Virus record (IMG/VR): IMGVR_UViG_3300036770_003943
Coordinates: 62,001 to 126,000 of that record
Length of the DNA stretch: 64,000 nt
Direction: 5' to 3' (one strand)
Shown one piece after another: positions 48,130-56,589 of this stretch. Within the stretch, counting starts at the first letter, position 1, and each line of letters begins with the position of its first letter. Position numbers and translations under genes: made by a program. The notes beneath the pieces were generated by a model that was not told the DNA's origin, did no database searches, and was given only the letters and a program-made list of their open reading frames with translations.

Positions 48130-50673
48130 TTATCCTCCAAATACTATAGCGTATGCTATGGCGTCATCTGTTGTTGCCACTTCTTTATTATTTATTTTGA
48201 CCTTTCCTGTGCCATTCGCGGCAAGATTTAGATCGCCATCTGAATTACTAGCAGATACTGTATTTGATGTAATATTAATATTACCTGCCGTAACGTTTGA
48301 ACTAGCAAACGCTGTTAAATTTGAGCCTAAACGGCTTTCCCAACGACTAGTAGATTCATTCCATTTGAACGTAGCTAAGTCTTGACCAGTTCCTCTGTCA
48401 ATCTCAATACCAGCTGTTCCGGCTGTCACTCCGGGGCCTGTTTCGCCTTTATTTAAAGTAATTATATTGTCTTGTAAATTTGTATTTGTACTATTAATTG
48501 TTGTCGTTGTGCCACTTACGGTTAGATTCCCACCGACTGTTACATTACCAGTAGTACTTAAACCAGCGAAAGACACTGTGTCTGTTGTACCCACTTCTTG
48601 ACCAATAGCTATACTGCCAGCAGTTATTGTAACGCCAGTTCCTCCACTAAATGCTGCTCTGTAGTCACTTACGCCAGGACCAGTATAAGTGAATTGACCA
48701 TTTGAATTATCGTACGATAATGATCCATCTCCAGTTGAAGAAGTTACGCTTAAACTACTCAATGACAAGCCAGTGCCGTTGACCCAACTAACACCATCAT
48801 ACGTTAGTATTTGACCAGCACTCGGTGTTCCAATAATTACGTCATTGAGATCATCAATGCTAGCAGCAGAAATTCTAGCATCTGCGTCTGTATCTGTGTA
48901 TTGAGTAATTGTACTGCTAATTTCCCCAGATACACTAATATTGATTCCGCTACCAGCACTAAATGCTGCTCTGTAGTCACTTACGCCAGGACCAGTATAA
49001 GTGAATTGACCATTTGAGCTATTATATGATAAAGATCCATCTCCAGTTGAAGAAGTTACGCTAATCGCTCCTTGAGCATCCGAATCTGTATATTGAGTAA
49101 TTGTACTGCTAATTTCCCCAGATACACTAATATTGATTCCGCTACCAGCACTAAATGCTGCTCTATAGTCACTTGCGCCAGGACCAGTATAAGTGAATTG
49201 ACCATTTGAATTATCATACGCTAATGATCCATCTCCAGTTGAAGAAGTTACGCTTAAACTCGATAGTGTTATACCATTGTCAGTATCGTTAACCCAAAAA
49301 GTACCGTTATACTTAAGAACTTGACCGTTGCTTAGAGATGTAATGCTTACGTTACTCAGCGAATTCAAATCTGTTACTAGTGTAGGCTTGTTAATTAAAT
49401 CATCATAATCACCTGTTGTGGCAACTGTTGCTAGTGAAGGAATATCGGTTGTGAGCGCCAGAGTCCCTGTACTTGCTGGTAAAGTTAAAGTACCACTAGC
49501 TATTGCTGCTGCTTGTATTGTTGTTTGCCCACTAGTGCTTCCAGTTACTATAAAAGAAGAGCTAGATACGGCACCTGTTACATTAAGAGGCTTATTAATG
49601 TCAAAACTAGTAGTACCATGAACATAGGTAATTGTAGCGTTCGCTCCATCTATAGTAATACCAGCACCATTGGCAGCGGCACTATCTAAAGCACCTTTAG
49701 CAAGAGTTAAATTTTTATCTGCTATATCTACTGTTGTTGAATTTACTGACGTTGTTGTTCCGTTTACAGTAAGATTACCGCTTACTGTGAGATCATTGAA
49801 AGTAACATTATCTGTTATTTCTACTCCTTGCCCAATAGCTATACTACCACCGGTTATTGTAACTCCAGTTCCAGCACTAAATGCTGCTCTATAGTCACTT
49901 GCGCCAGGACCAGTATAAGTGAATTGACCATTTGAATTATCATACGCTAATGATCCATCTCCAGTTGAAGAAGTTACGCTAATCGCTCCTCGAGCATCTG
50001 TATTTGTATATTGAGTAATTGTTGAGCTAATCTGACCTGTGACAATATTGATTCCAGTGCCCGCAGTTAATTTGTTTGATAAATCATCATAGTCGCCTGA
50101 TGTAGCTACTGTAGCAAAATAATTATTACCTAAGCTATTCTTAAATAGTCCATTAGCAGGCAAAGTTACATCACCGTTGGAGTCAAATTGCCATGTTTGT
50201 TGAGTTCCTAACGCTGTTTTAGCATTAATATTAACATAGCTACCGCCAACTTGAACACTGTTTGTGTCAGTACCTAAAAACAGATCATTACTTGTTGATC
50301 CTGCTTTTAAATGTATATGATTAGGAGCAGTAGGATCTACTATAATATATTGTCCAGAACTATACAAAGCGTTATCTGGAACAAGTTCAATGGTTCCATC
50401 GCCAAATTCGCCTGCTGTTCCAGCTCCAATAATTTTAATTCCGTCAAATGTGATAAGACCTGTGTCTCCTACACCGGACACAGCATCGTCAACATACTGT
50501 TTAGTTACTAAGTCTGATGTGCCAGTTGGCGTTGCTGACATAGTAAGTTTACCAGTAATACTAACTACGCCGCTACTAGGAACGAAGGTAATATTTTGTC
50601 CGGAATCCGAACTGAAGGTAAGAGCATCAGTGCTCGCGATAGTGTTGGTAGGGTGGTTGATATTAATTGCCAT
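48130..50673 (-). CDS. fibre-like virion protein ending in hydrophobic AIAYAIVFGG
   Basis: Four variant repeat modules (GDGSL.Y..SNGQFTYTGPG.SDYRAAF); first gene after the capsid terminator. Confidence 0.75.
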   Translation of the reverse strand: MAININHPTNTIASTDALTFSSDSGQNITFVPSSGVVSITGKLTMSATPTGTSDLVTKQYVDDAVSGVGDTGLITFDGIKIIGAGTAGEFGDGTIELVPDNALYSSGQYIIVDPTAPNHIHLKAGSTSNDLFLGTDTNSVQVGGSYVNINAKTALGTQQTWQFDSNGDVTLPANGLFKNSLGNNYFATVATSGDYDDLSNKLTAGTGINIVTGQISSTITQYTNTDARGAISVTSSTGDGSLAYDNSNGQFTYTGPGASDYRAAFSAGTGVTITGGSIAIGQGVEITDNVTFNDLTVSGNLTVNGTTTSVNSTTVDIADKNLTLAKGALDSAAANGAGITIDGANATITYVHGTTSFDINKPLNVTGAVSSSSFIVTGSTSGQTTIQAAAIASGTLTLPASTGTLALTTDIPSLATVATTGDYDDLINKPTLVTDLNSLSNVSITSLSNGQVLKYNGTFWVNDTDNGITLSSLSVTSSTGDGSLAYDNSNGQFTYTGPGASDYRAAFSAGSGINISVSGEISSTITQYTDSDAQGAISVTSSTGDGSLSYNSSNGQFTYTGPGVSDYRAAFSAGSGINISVSGEISSTITQYTDTDADARISAASIDDLNDVIIGTPSAGQILTYDGVSWVNGTGLSLSSLSVTSSTGDGSLSYDNSNGQFTYTGPGVSDYRAAFSGGTGVTITAGSIAIGQEVGTTDTVSFAGLSTTGNVTVGGNLTVSGTTTTINSTNTNLQDNIITLNKGETGPGVTAGTAGIEIDRGTGQDLATFKWNESTSRWESRLGSNLTAFASSNVTAGNINITSNTVSASNSDGDLNLAANGTGKVKINNKEVATTDDAIAYAIVFGG

Positions 50674-50678
50674 AATCT

Positions 50679-50685
50679 TATTTAT
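50679..50685 (-). promoter_or_regulatory. late promoter ATAAATA
   Basis: Directly after the capsid terminator, immediately upstream of ATG 50673. Confidence 0.6.
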
Positions 50686-50690
50686 GCCGA

Positions 50691-50719
50691 AATAAAAAAG
50701 GGCTCCGAAGAGCCCTTTT
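50691..50719 (-). terminator. Rho-independent terminator after major capsid gene
   Basis: Minus strand AAAAGGGCTC-TTCG-GAGCCCTTTTTT; UUCG tetraloop and U-tract. Confidence 0.9.
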
Positions 50720-50745
50720 AATAACTAAGTTCTTTATCTCTTAGA

Positions 50746-51927
50746 TTAGAAGAACTTGCTGGTTCCCATAGCAATCTTGCCTAGGTAATCTGCTGCGTTA
50801 CCTAGCGAGCTTGCTGTATTTGTTAGCTCTACATAACCATAACGTGTCATAAAGCTAACTACTGGTTCCATTGTGCTTGGATCTAGAACAACACCGCTGC
50901 TCATCAATGGGATGTATGGGCAGTAGAATGCTGCTGCGTCCATTTCGTTAGGACCTTTGTAACCAACTAGAATTGGTGTTGTTGCGTCAGCATAGCTGTC
51001 AACATAAACACGAACGCTGCTGTTTAGTGTACCAGCAAATTTTGTGTTTGTTGGAGCTTCAAATGTACCTTCTGTTGTACGAGCAAATGCTGATGTTGTC
51101 GCACTTTGTAGCACTGTTAGTGCTGTTGGGCTTACAACAACAAAATTACCTGCACCACGACGTGTACGCTGAGCAATTCTGTTAGCAACATCATTGATCA
51201 TGATTGCTAGAGCAGCGTGTTGGTCACCAACGAATGTTGGAGTACCTGTGAAGCTTGTACCGCCAGAACCTTGGTCAAAAGTATGAACTGCTGTACCGCT
51301 TAGACTGCGTAGGCTATTTAATAGCTCTTGATCAATCTCAGCTGTAATTTCTTGTGCTAGAGCAGCCATGATTTCTGCCTCAACGTCCAAACCATGCATG
51401 GCTTGTGCGTCTTGAGCAGCTTCAAAAGTCCAGCGAGCAGACATTTTACGTGTCTTAGCTTCAACTGTTTGCTTTAGAATCTGGATGCTTAATTTCTTAC
51501 CTGGTACACCTTCTAATGTTGCTGTAGCATCGGCAGCTGGTGAGCTTGCGTTAGCGTTACCGCTATATGCTTTAGCAATGTTAAAAGGACTTAGAGCTTC
51601 TGTACCTGCTGTAACGCCTGCTGCTGTTTCAGCATAACGTACACGCAATGTGTGAATTTGACCAACTGGACCAGTCATTGGCTGAACACCAACGATTTCG
51701 TTAGCAATAACGGTTGGCATTACACGACGAATTACTGGAAGAATCACTTTGTTTAGAACTGCTACGTTACCGCTTTGTGTAGCACCTGCAGTTGCAGCTT
51801 CCATCAAGTTTTTCTTGGTATTTTCTAATACTGATTCCATGACAGCCTTACGGTTGCCATTGAGCCCTTCTAGTAGAACTTCCTTAGTTGCAGTCCAATT
51901 TTGGGCCTCGAAAAGTTTTTCAGACAT
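50746..51927 (-). CDS. gp23: major capsid protein (T4 gp23-like)
   Basis: LPVIRRVMP..IANEIVGVQPMTGPVGQI, TVEAKTRKM.A.WT.EAAQD, AAAFYCPYIPL, FMTRYG. Confidence 0.95.
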   Translation of the reverse strand: MSEKLFEAQNWTATKEVLLEGLNGNRKAVMESVLENTKKNLMEAATAGATQSGNVAVLNKVILPVIRRVMPTVIANEIVGVQPMTGPVGQIHTLRVRYAETAAGVTAGTEALSPFNIAKAYSGNANASSPAADATATLEGVPGKKLSIQILKQTVEAKTRKMSARWTFEAAQDAQAMHGLDVEAEIMAALAQEITAEIDQELLNSLRSLSGTAVHTFDQGSGGTSFTGTPTFVGDQHAALAIMINDVANRIAQRTRRGAGNFVVVSPTALTVLQSATTSAFARTTEGTFEAPTNTKFAGTLNSSVRVYVDSYADATTPILVGYKGPNEMDAAAFYCPYIPLMSSGVVLDPSTMEPVVSFMTRYGYVELTNTASSLGNAADYLGKIAMGTSKFF

Positions 51928-51943
51928 TTTTGTCTCCTTTGGT

Positions 51944-53050
51944 TTACTTTCCTATTCCGGCTAATTTTCTTAGTGATACAATTTCTGCCTCAGGAGCAGC
52001 GTTCTCACTAGAAGTTTTGTCGCCTGTGATCGCAGTCTTCTGCGATGTTGCGCTTTCAGAAATCATAGTCTTGCCGGTGGGTTTGACTGTTGTTTCATTT
52101 AACACAGCTGGTAGATACTTGTTGTATGCTTCACGTAGATTTTCTGTCTTAGTTGTCTTTAACAGGTCTTCCATGATATCACGCTTTTCTTTACCAAGTG
52201 GAGCTACCAACTCTTGCATAATTGTTTGACGCTTTACAGCATCTTCAGCTATGCGAATTTTAGCCTGCGCTTTGGCAATTTCAGCATCTTTAGCTTCCAC
52301 TAACTTAGTTGATTCGGTTAGTTTTTGTTCTATAGATACTAATTTATCACTTAGTTTTTTCACTTGTGTGCCGTCAGCAAAGCCGCTAACCATAAACTCA
52401 GCAGCAAATGCTTCCATGATCTTACGACCAAAGGCATTTTCGCGGCTGATTTGAATATCTTCACGTAATTGTGTTAGTTCATTGCGTAATGATTCTGTCA
52501 ATAGTTTTTCCGCTTTTACAGAAGCTTCTTTGATAAACTTAGATTTGGCTTCAGCTATTACTCGACGACCTTCTGTAACTAGGTCTACACGAGCTTTAAC
52601 TAGCTTGTCCTCGTCTTCTTTCAGTTCACGTAATTCAGAACTCAACTTCTTCAGAGCAAATTCTTCAAGTTTTTCAAAGTTTGCTTTTTGAGCAGTGCGA
52701 TCTTCTCTAAGTTCATTGATTTCTTTTACTAGTTGTTCCATAACAAACTTGTTAAGAATTTTAGCGTGTTCTTTCATTTGCTTTTTATAATTGACTTTGG
52801 CTTCTACTACGCCACGTTTGTCAATTGAAAATTCTTCTAGTTCTTTACGGATAGCTTCGGAAATCATCTTGTCAGCAGCTTCTACAATCAAACCTTTGTC
52901 ATGCTCATAACGCTGGCTAAACTCTTCACGAAGATTTGCTTCTACTTCTTCGTGTAATTGTTTAACTTTTGTATCCCATGCTTCTTGTAGAGTTGTCTGA
53001 ACTTCCTCAGATAAAACCCCAGTGCCGAATAGTTCTTTTAGTCCGCTCAT
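51944..53050 (-). CDS. gp22: prohead scaffold/core protein (gp22-like)
   Basis: Long E/K-rich coiled coil located between protease and capsid genes. Confidence 0.8.
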   Translation of the reverse strand: MSGLKELFGTGVLSEEVQTTLQEAWDTKVKQLHEEVEANLREEFSQRYEHDKGLIVEAADKMISEAIRKELEEFSIDKRGVVEAKVNYKKQMKEHAKILNKFVMEQLVKEINELREDRTAQKANFEKLEEFALKKLSSELRELKEDEDKLVKARVDLVTEGRRVIAEAKSKFIKEASVKAEKLLTESLRNELTQLREDIQISRENAFGRKIMEAFAAEFMVSGFADGTQVKKLSDKLVSIEQKLTESTKLVEAKDAEIAKAQAKIRIAEDAVKRQTIMQELVAPLGKEKRDIMEDLLKTTKTENLREAYNKYLPAVLNETTVKPTGKTMISESATSQKTAITGDKTSSENAAPEAEIVSLRKLAGIGK

Positions 53051-53060
53051 CTATTTCCCC

Positions 53061-53693
53061 TTATTTTTTTAGGTTATTGATGAACCTGAGAACCTCTTCC
53101 TTGAGGTATTTTTGTGCTCTATCATCATGTCTTACTGCTGTGGCAACGTCCATTAAAGCACCACGTCTACGATCCGTCATTACACGCTCATAGATTGCTT
53201 TGGGATATGCGTTAGGAGCACTAGGTTGAGCCACGATGTCCACCGTGACAATTTCAAAATCAGAAACGCCACCAGATTCATTGACGTTTCCAGATCCCCT
53301 ACTTGACACACCTAGTTTAACACCACTCTCTAATAGAGTTCGTACAATGTTACCCATTGGTGTGGGTAGGATTTTTAGCTTACCGATACCGTTGTTATCA
53401 TTCATATACATATTAGTAATCATGTGGCTAACACGGTCTAGGTTTACTTGTAGGTCATCTGGGTGATCTGCTTCACCTAATACAGAATAACCATTTTTAA
53501 TTTTTTCTGCGATTACATTACAGGCTTTAGCAATTTCGTTAACAGGATAGACACGTTTGTTTTCGTTTTGTATTCCACCCTGAATGAAAATACCTTCCAT
53601 GTAGAGATCCTTGCCGCCATTGGCATTCTCGACAAGCTGGGTTTTTAAACCAGCTTGGTCGTAGGTTAGACTTTCTACTAGTGGTAGTGCCAT
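53061..53693 (-). CDS. gp21: prohead maturation protease (gp21-like)
   Basis: YMEGIFIQG..N.NKRVYP, LGEADHP, VSH, LGVSSRGSG, DIVAQPSAPNA. Confidence 0.95.
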   Translation of the reverse strand: MALPLVESLTYDQAGLKTQLVENANGGKDLYMEGIFIQGGIQNENKRVYPVNEIAKACNVIAEKIKNGYSVLGEADHPDDLQVNLDRVSHMITNMYMNDNNGIGKLKILPTPMGNIVRTLLESGVKLGVSSRGSGNVNESGGVSDFEIVTVDIVAQPSAPNAYPKAIYERVMTDRRRGALMDVATAVRHDDRAQKYLKEEVLRFINNLKK

Positions 53694-53697
53694 AAAA

Positions 53698-54507
53698 TTA
53701 ACTCTTTGCTACTGGGCTAGTTTTGTTGCTAGCAGTATCACTGTTCATCTTAGGAACGCTTACACTTTTTGGAGCAGGAGCTTTAGCGTTACCGACTTTA
53801 TTTACATTACCCATATTGTCTTCTTTAACGCTAGGGTTAGACATGCCTTTATCAGCTTCGCCGGTAAAATCAACAGCTTTGGCACCGTTACCATCTACAC
53901 GCTTGCTGCTAGCAACTGGACTCTTTGTATTTTGTGCATTGTCGCCGTGTGTTGGCTTACTGACAGCTTTTAGACTGGCACTTTCGCCAAATGCTGCGAT
54001 GCTTTCTTCTGCTGGCATTTCTTCGCTAGCGGCTTCATAGTCACCGCCTAATTCAGCAAATAATTCTTTTAGATCTTCTAGTGCTTGCGTAGCAACGTCA
54101 ATTTTTTCGCCTGCTTGAGCAGCAGCATCACCTGCAGGTGCTGCGTCATCTGCGGACATTTCATCGCCCATGGCTAAATCTGCTGTAGCTTCATCTTCGC
54201 CTGGCTCATCTGCTGCCATTGCGTCGTCATCTTCAGCTTCGCCGAATAGTTGCTCATTTTCTAAATCTAGTTCATCATCGATGATTTCATCTTGGAAATC
54301 ACTGTCTGGACTAGCTCCGAAACTTTCTTCAACTTCTTCGTCTTCTGACTCATCAAGTTCTTCTTCGGCTGTTTCATCGAACTGACTTAGCTCTTCGTAA
54401 ATGCTTTTGCCTTTGCTGACAAAATAGTGATGTAGTAAATCACTGGCACGATCTTCTTCTTTGTTGATCAATGCTTCTAATACTTGCTCTAGTGTATGTT
54501 TAGACAT
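53698..54507 (-). CDS. acidic prohead core-like protein (likely start MSKHTLEQ at 54507)
   Basis: Very D/E-rich; RBS AGGAG at 54515-54519; located between portal and protease. Confidence 0.7.
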   Translation of the reverse strand: MSKHTLEQVLEALINKEEDRASDLLHHYFVSKGKSIYEELSQFDETAEEELDESEDEEVEESFGASPDSDFQDEIIDDELDLENEQLFGEAEDDDAMAADEPGEDEATADLAMGDEMSADDAAPAGDAAAQAGEKIDVATQALEDLKELFAELGGDYEAASEEMPAEESIAAFGESASLKAVSKPTHGDNAQNTKSPVASSKRVDGNGAKAVDFTGEADKGMSNPSVKEDNMGNVNKVGNAKAPAPKSVSVPKMNSDTASNKTSPVAKS

Positions 54508-54510
54508 TAA

Positions 54511-54583
54511 ATTTCTCCTTTTGGCCAAAAGTGGTCTTGTCTGTAATTATATTTACAGTATTGACTAATTATCTAGGAGAAAT
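54511..54583 (-). promoter_or_regulatory. late promoter GTAAATA (54550-54556) between an anti-RBS and the RBS
   Basis: 9-bp perfect inverted repeat ATTTCTCCT (54511-54519) / AGGAGAAAT (54575-54583). Confidence 0.55.
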
Positions 54584-54634
54584 ATAGTTAAAAACGCAGT
54601 TTTTGATCAGAAACTTCGAGTAAGTATCAACTTT

Positions 54635-54853
54635 TTACATTGCGGCTACTGGCCGTTGATAAATCTTTTTGTAAAGTTCTTTGCGTTCTTCAACTTCTAG
54701 TTTACGAACTTCTCGCATTTTACGTAACTTGTTTAAATGTAAAAGACTGAGCCGTGGACGACGTGTGTCCATTTTTTCACTTTGTTGAAATTCATTATCC
54801 GCAGGATCGGCATAGCCAAGTTTTTCCATGTCTTTAACTTCTTTAAGTCGCAC
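54635..54853 (-). CDS. small basic head-module protein
   Basis: 72-aa ORF overlapping the portal stop; DTRRPRLSLLHLNKLRK. Confidence 0.7.
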   Translation of the reverse strand: MRLKEVKDMEKLGYADPADNEFQQSEKMDTRRPRLSLLHLNKLRKMREVRKLEVEERKELYKKIYQRPVAAM

Positions 54854-56558
54854 TGGGTGGTCCTCCTGTTGGTGCTGGCGCAGCCGCAGCTGGTGCTCCG
54901 CCTAGCGGGCTTACTCCTGGTTGTTCGACCGGAGCTGCCTGAGCTTGTGCTAGTTGATCAAGCTGAGTCATATCATTTTCACTAGGTCGTTGAATCCCTA
55001 GGGTGGTTAAATCGCTAGGTGCCAAAGCAGCATCCGCAGCCGTACTAGTAAGTGCCCCTTCGGGGTTTTCTTCAGCCCACATACCTTCATTCTCTACAAT
55101 CTCATCATCAGTTAAGCCGAGATATTTCTTAAGAACAAAGCGTCTAGCTAGATATGGAACCTCAGCCAGCTGACTGAATACAGAAGCTCTAGCATTGTTT
55201 ACTTCGATTTCTCTGTACTCACTAAAACTCTGTGGTGGCAAGAAAGTTAATTTAAATGTGCTTGAATCTAATTCAATGCCTTTCTTCTTCAAAAACATTT
55301 TAAACTCTTTGTCCAATGGATCTGTCATTAAATTTTGTAGTCTCTGACAGTACTTGTTAAATCTATATTCTTGAATAAATGCTGTACCTACTCTACCATC
55401 GTTAAAAACCGCAGTGCCATCATCTGGCCCAGTGGGCATATAACTACTAGGTATACGCAGTGCTCGATTTAGTTTATTGGTAAAATATCTCAAATCATCA
55501 ATCTGTCCTAGATTGTCTCCACCAGGCAACACTTCAACTTTTGATCCTCGACCTTCAGCCGTTTGAGCAAAAAAGTAGTCTTCTAACATACTTAAAGGGT
55601 TATAGCTAGCGTCCATAATACTAGTGCCACCACCAGTTCTACTGGGAATACGTCTTTGATGTATTTCATTTTTAACACGCTCAACAAAGCTCATAGCCAT
55701 ATTAGCTGGCATGTTACCAACATCAATATAAAATACACGGCGCTCAGGAGCACGTTGTACACGGTAGATAATAATCGAATCTTCTAATAAACTTTTCTGT
55801 TGGTAAACTTTGTAAACAGCTTCTAATACGCTAGTACCAAAAGGATAGTTTATATCCATACCTTCACTTAAACTCATATGTACTACATGACTGGCCTTAA
55901 CTGCTGTCTCTACATTTTGAGCATTCTGACCGCTGGGATTTGGACTGGCATACTGCGTAAATGCTGTTTTGTTAAATTGCGTTGGTCCATAATTACTGTC
56001 AGTGATTAAAGGTTCGCTGGCCACCTTGCTAACAATGTCCAGGCTCATGTTCTTAATCAAATATTGCTCTATTTCTTTGCCTTTAGCTTGATTAATAATA
56101 ATCTTACTAATGTCTGCAGCGCTCACGTAATAAAGTACATAGGTTTCCGGATCTCTAATAAAGAACTGATCACCAAACTTTAGTGTATTACGAACCATGC
56201 GCCATAAACGTTTGTTCCATTCATTTATTAGACACCATTGACGAAGGCTAGCTGTTAAAACTTTTACTTCAGCTTCAGTAGGGTCATTGAAATATTCTAT
56301 AGTAAACGGTAAGTTACTTTCGTAATCAAATTGAGTACAAAATTCACTTATAGTATCTAAAGCAGCATTGACTTCGCTGTCACTGTCCATTATTTCATAT
56401 TGCATATATCTGTCTACACGATTCGGTGCACCGGTATAAACATCTTTTAGCCAACTACTAAATTTACTAGATGAACCCGTGTGGTTACCTTGTTTATTTT
56501 TAGTAGCAGCTATCTCATTTGCAGTTTGGGGTATTTGAAAGTACTTGCGCCAGCTCAT
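54843..56558 (-). CDS. gp20: portal vertex protein (T4 gp20-like)
   Basis: LEDSIIIYRVQRAPERRVFYIDVGNMP, MLEDYFF, GRGSKVEVLPGG, YF..KL.RALRIP. Confidence 0.95.
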   Translation of the reverse strand: MSWRKYFQIPQTANEIAATKNKQGNHTGSSSKFSSWLKDVYTGAPNRVDRYMQYEIMDSDSEVNAALDTISEFCTQFDYESNLPFTIEYFNDPTEAEVKVLTASLRQWCLINEWNKRLWRMVRNTLKFGDQFFIRDPETYVLYYVSAADISKIIINQAKGKEIEQYLIKNMSLDIVSKVASEPLITDSNYGPTQFNKTAFTQYASPNPSGQNAQNVETAVKASHVVHMSLSEGMDINYPFGTSVLEAVYKVYQQKSLLEDSIIIYRVQRAPERRVFYIDVGNMPANMAMSFVERVKNEIHQRRIPSRTGGGTSIMDASYNPLSMLEDYFFAQTAEGRGSKVEVLPGGDNLGQIDDLRYFTNKLNRALRIPSSYMPTGPDDGTAVFNDGRVGTAFIQEYRFNKYCQRLQNLMTDPLDKEFKMFLKKKGIELDSSTFKLTFLPPQSFSEYREIEVNNARASVFSQLAEVPYLARRFVLKKYLGLTDDEIVENEGMWAEENPEGALTSTAADAALAPSDLTTLGIQRPSENDMTQLDQLAQAQAAPVEQPGVSPLGGAPAAAAPAPTGGPPSAT

Positions 56559-56574
56559 ATTTTATCCTATAGTA

Positions 56575-56581
56575 TATTTAT
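56575..56581 (-). promoter_or_regulatory. late promoter ATAAATA
   Basis: Upstream of the portal ATG. Confidence 0.65.
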
Positions 56582-56589
56582 TGCCTAGT

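Noticed and set aside
2743-54454. Many plus-strand ORFs antisense to fibre, RCC1 and head genes (e.g. 5740-6150, 6541-7188, 40445-40960)
   Set aside because: Shadow ORFs expected from the codon bias of Thr/Ser/Gly/Ala-rich genes; no RBS or motifs
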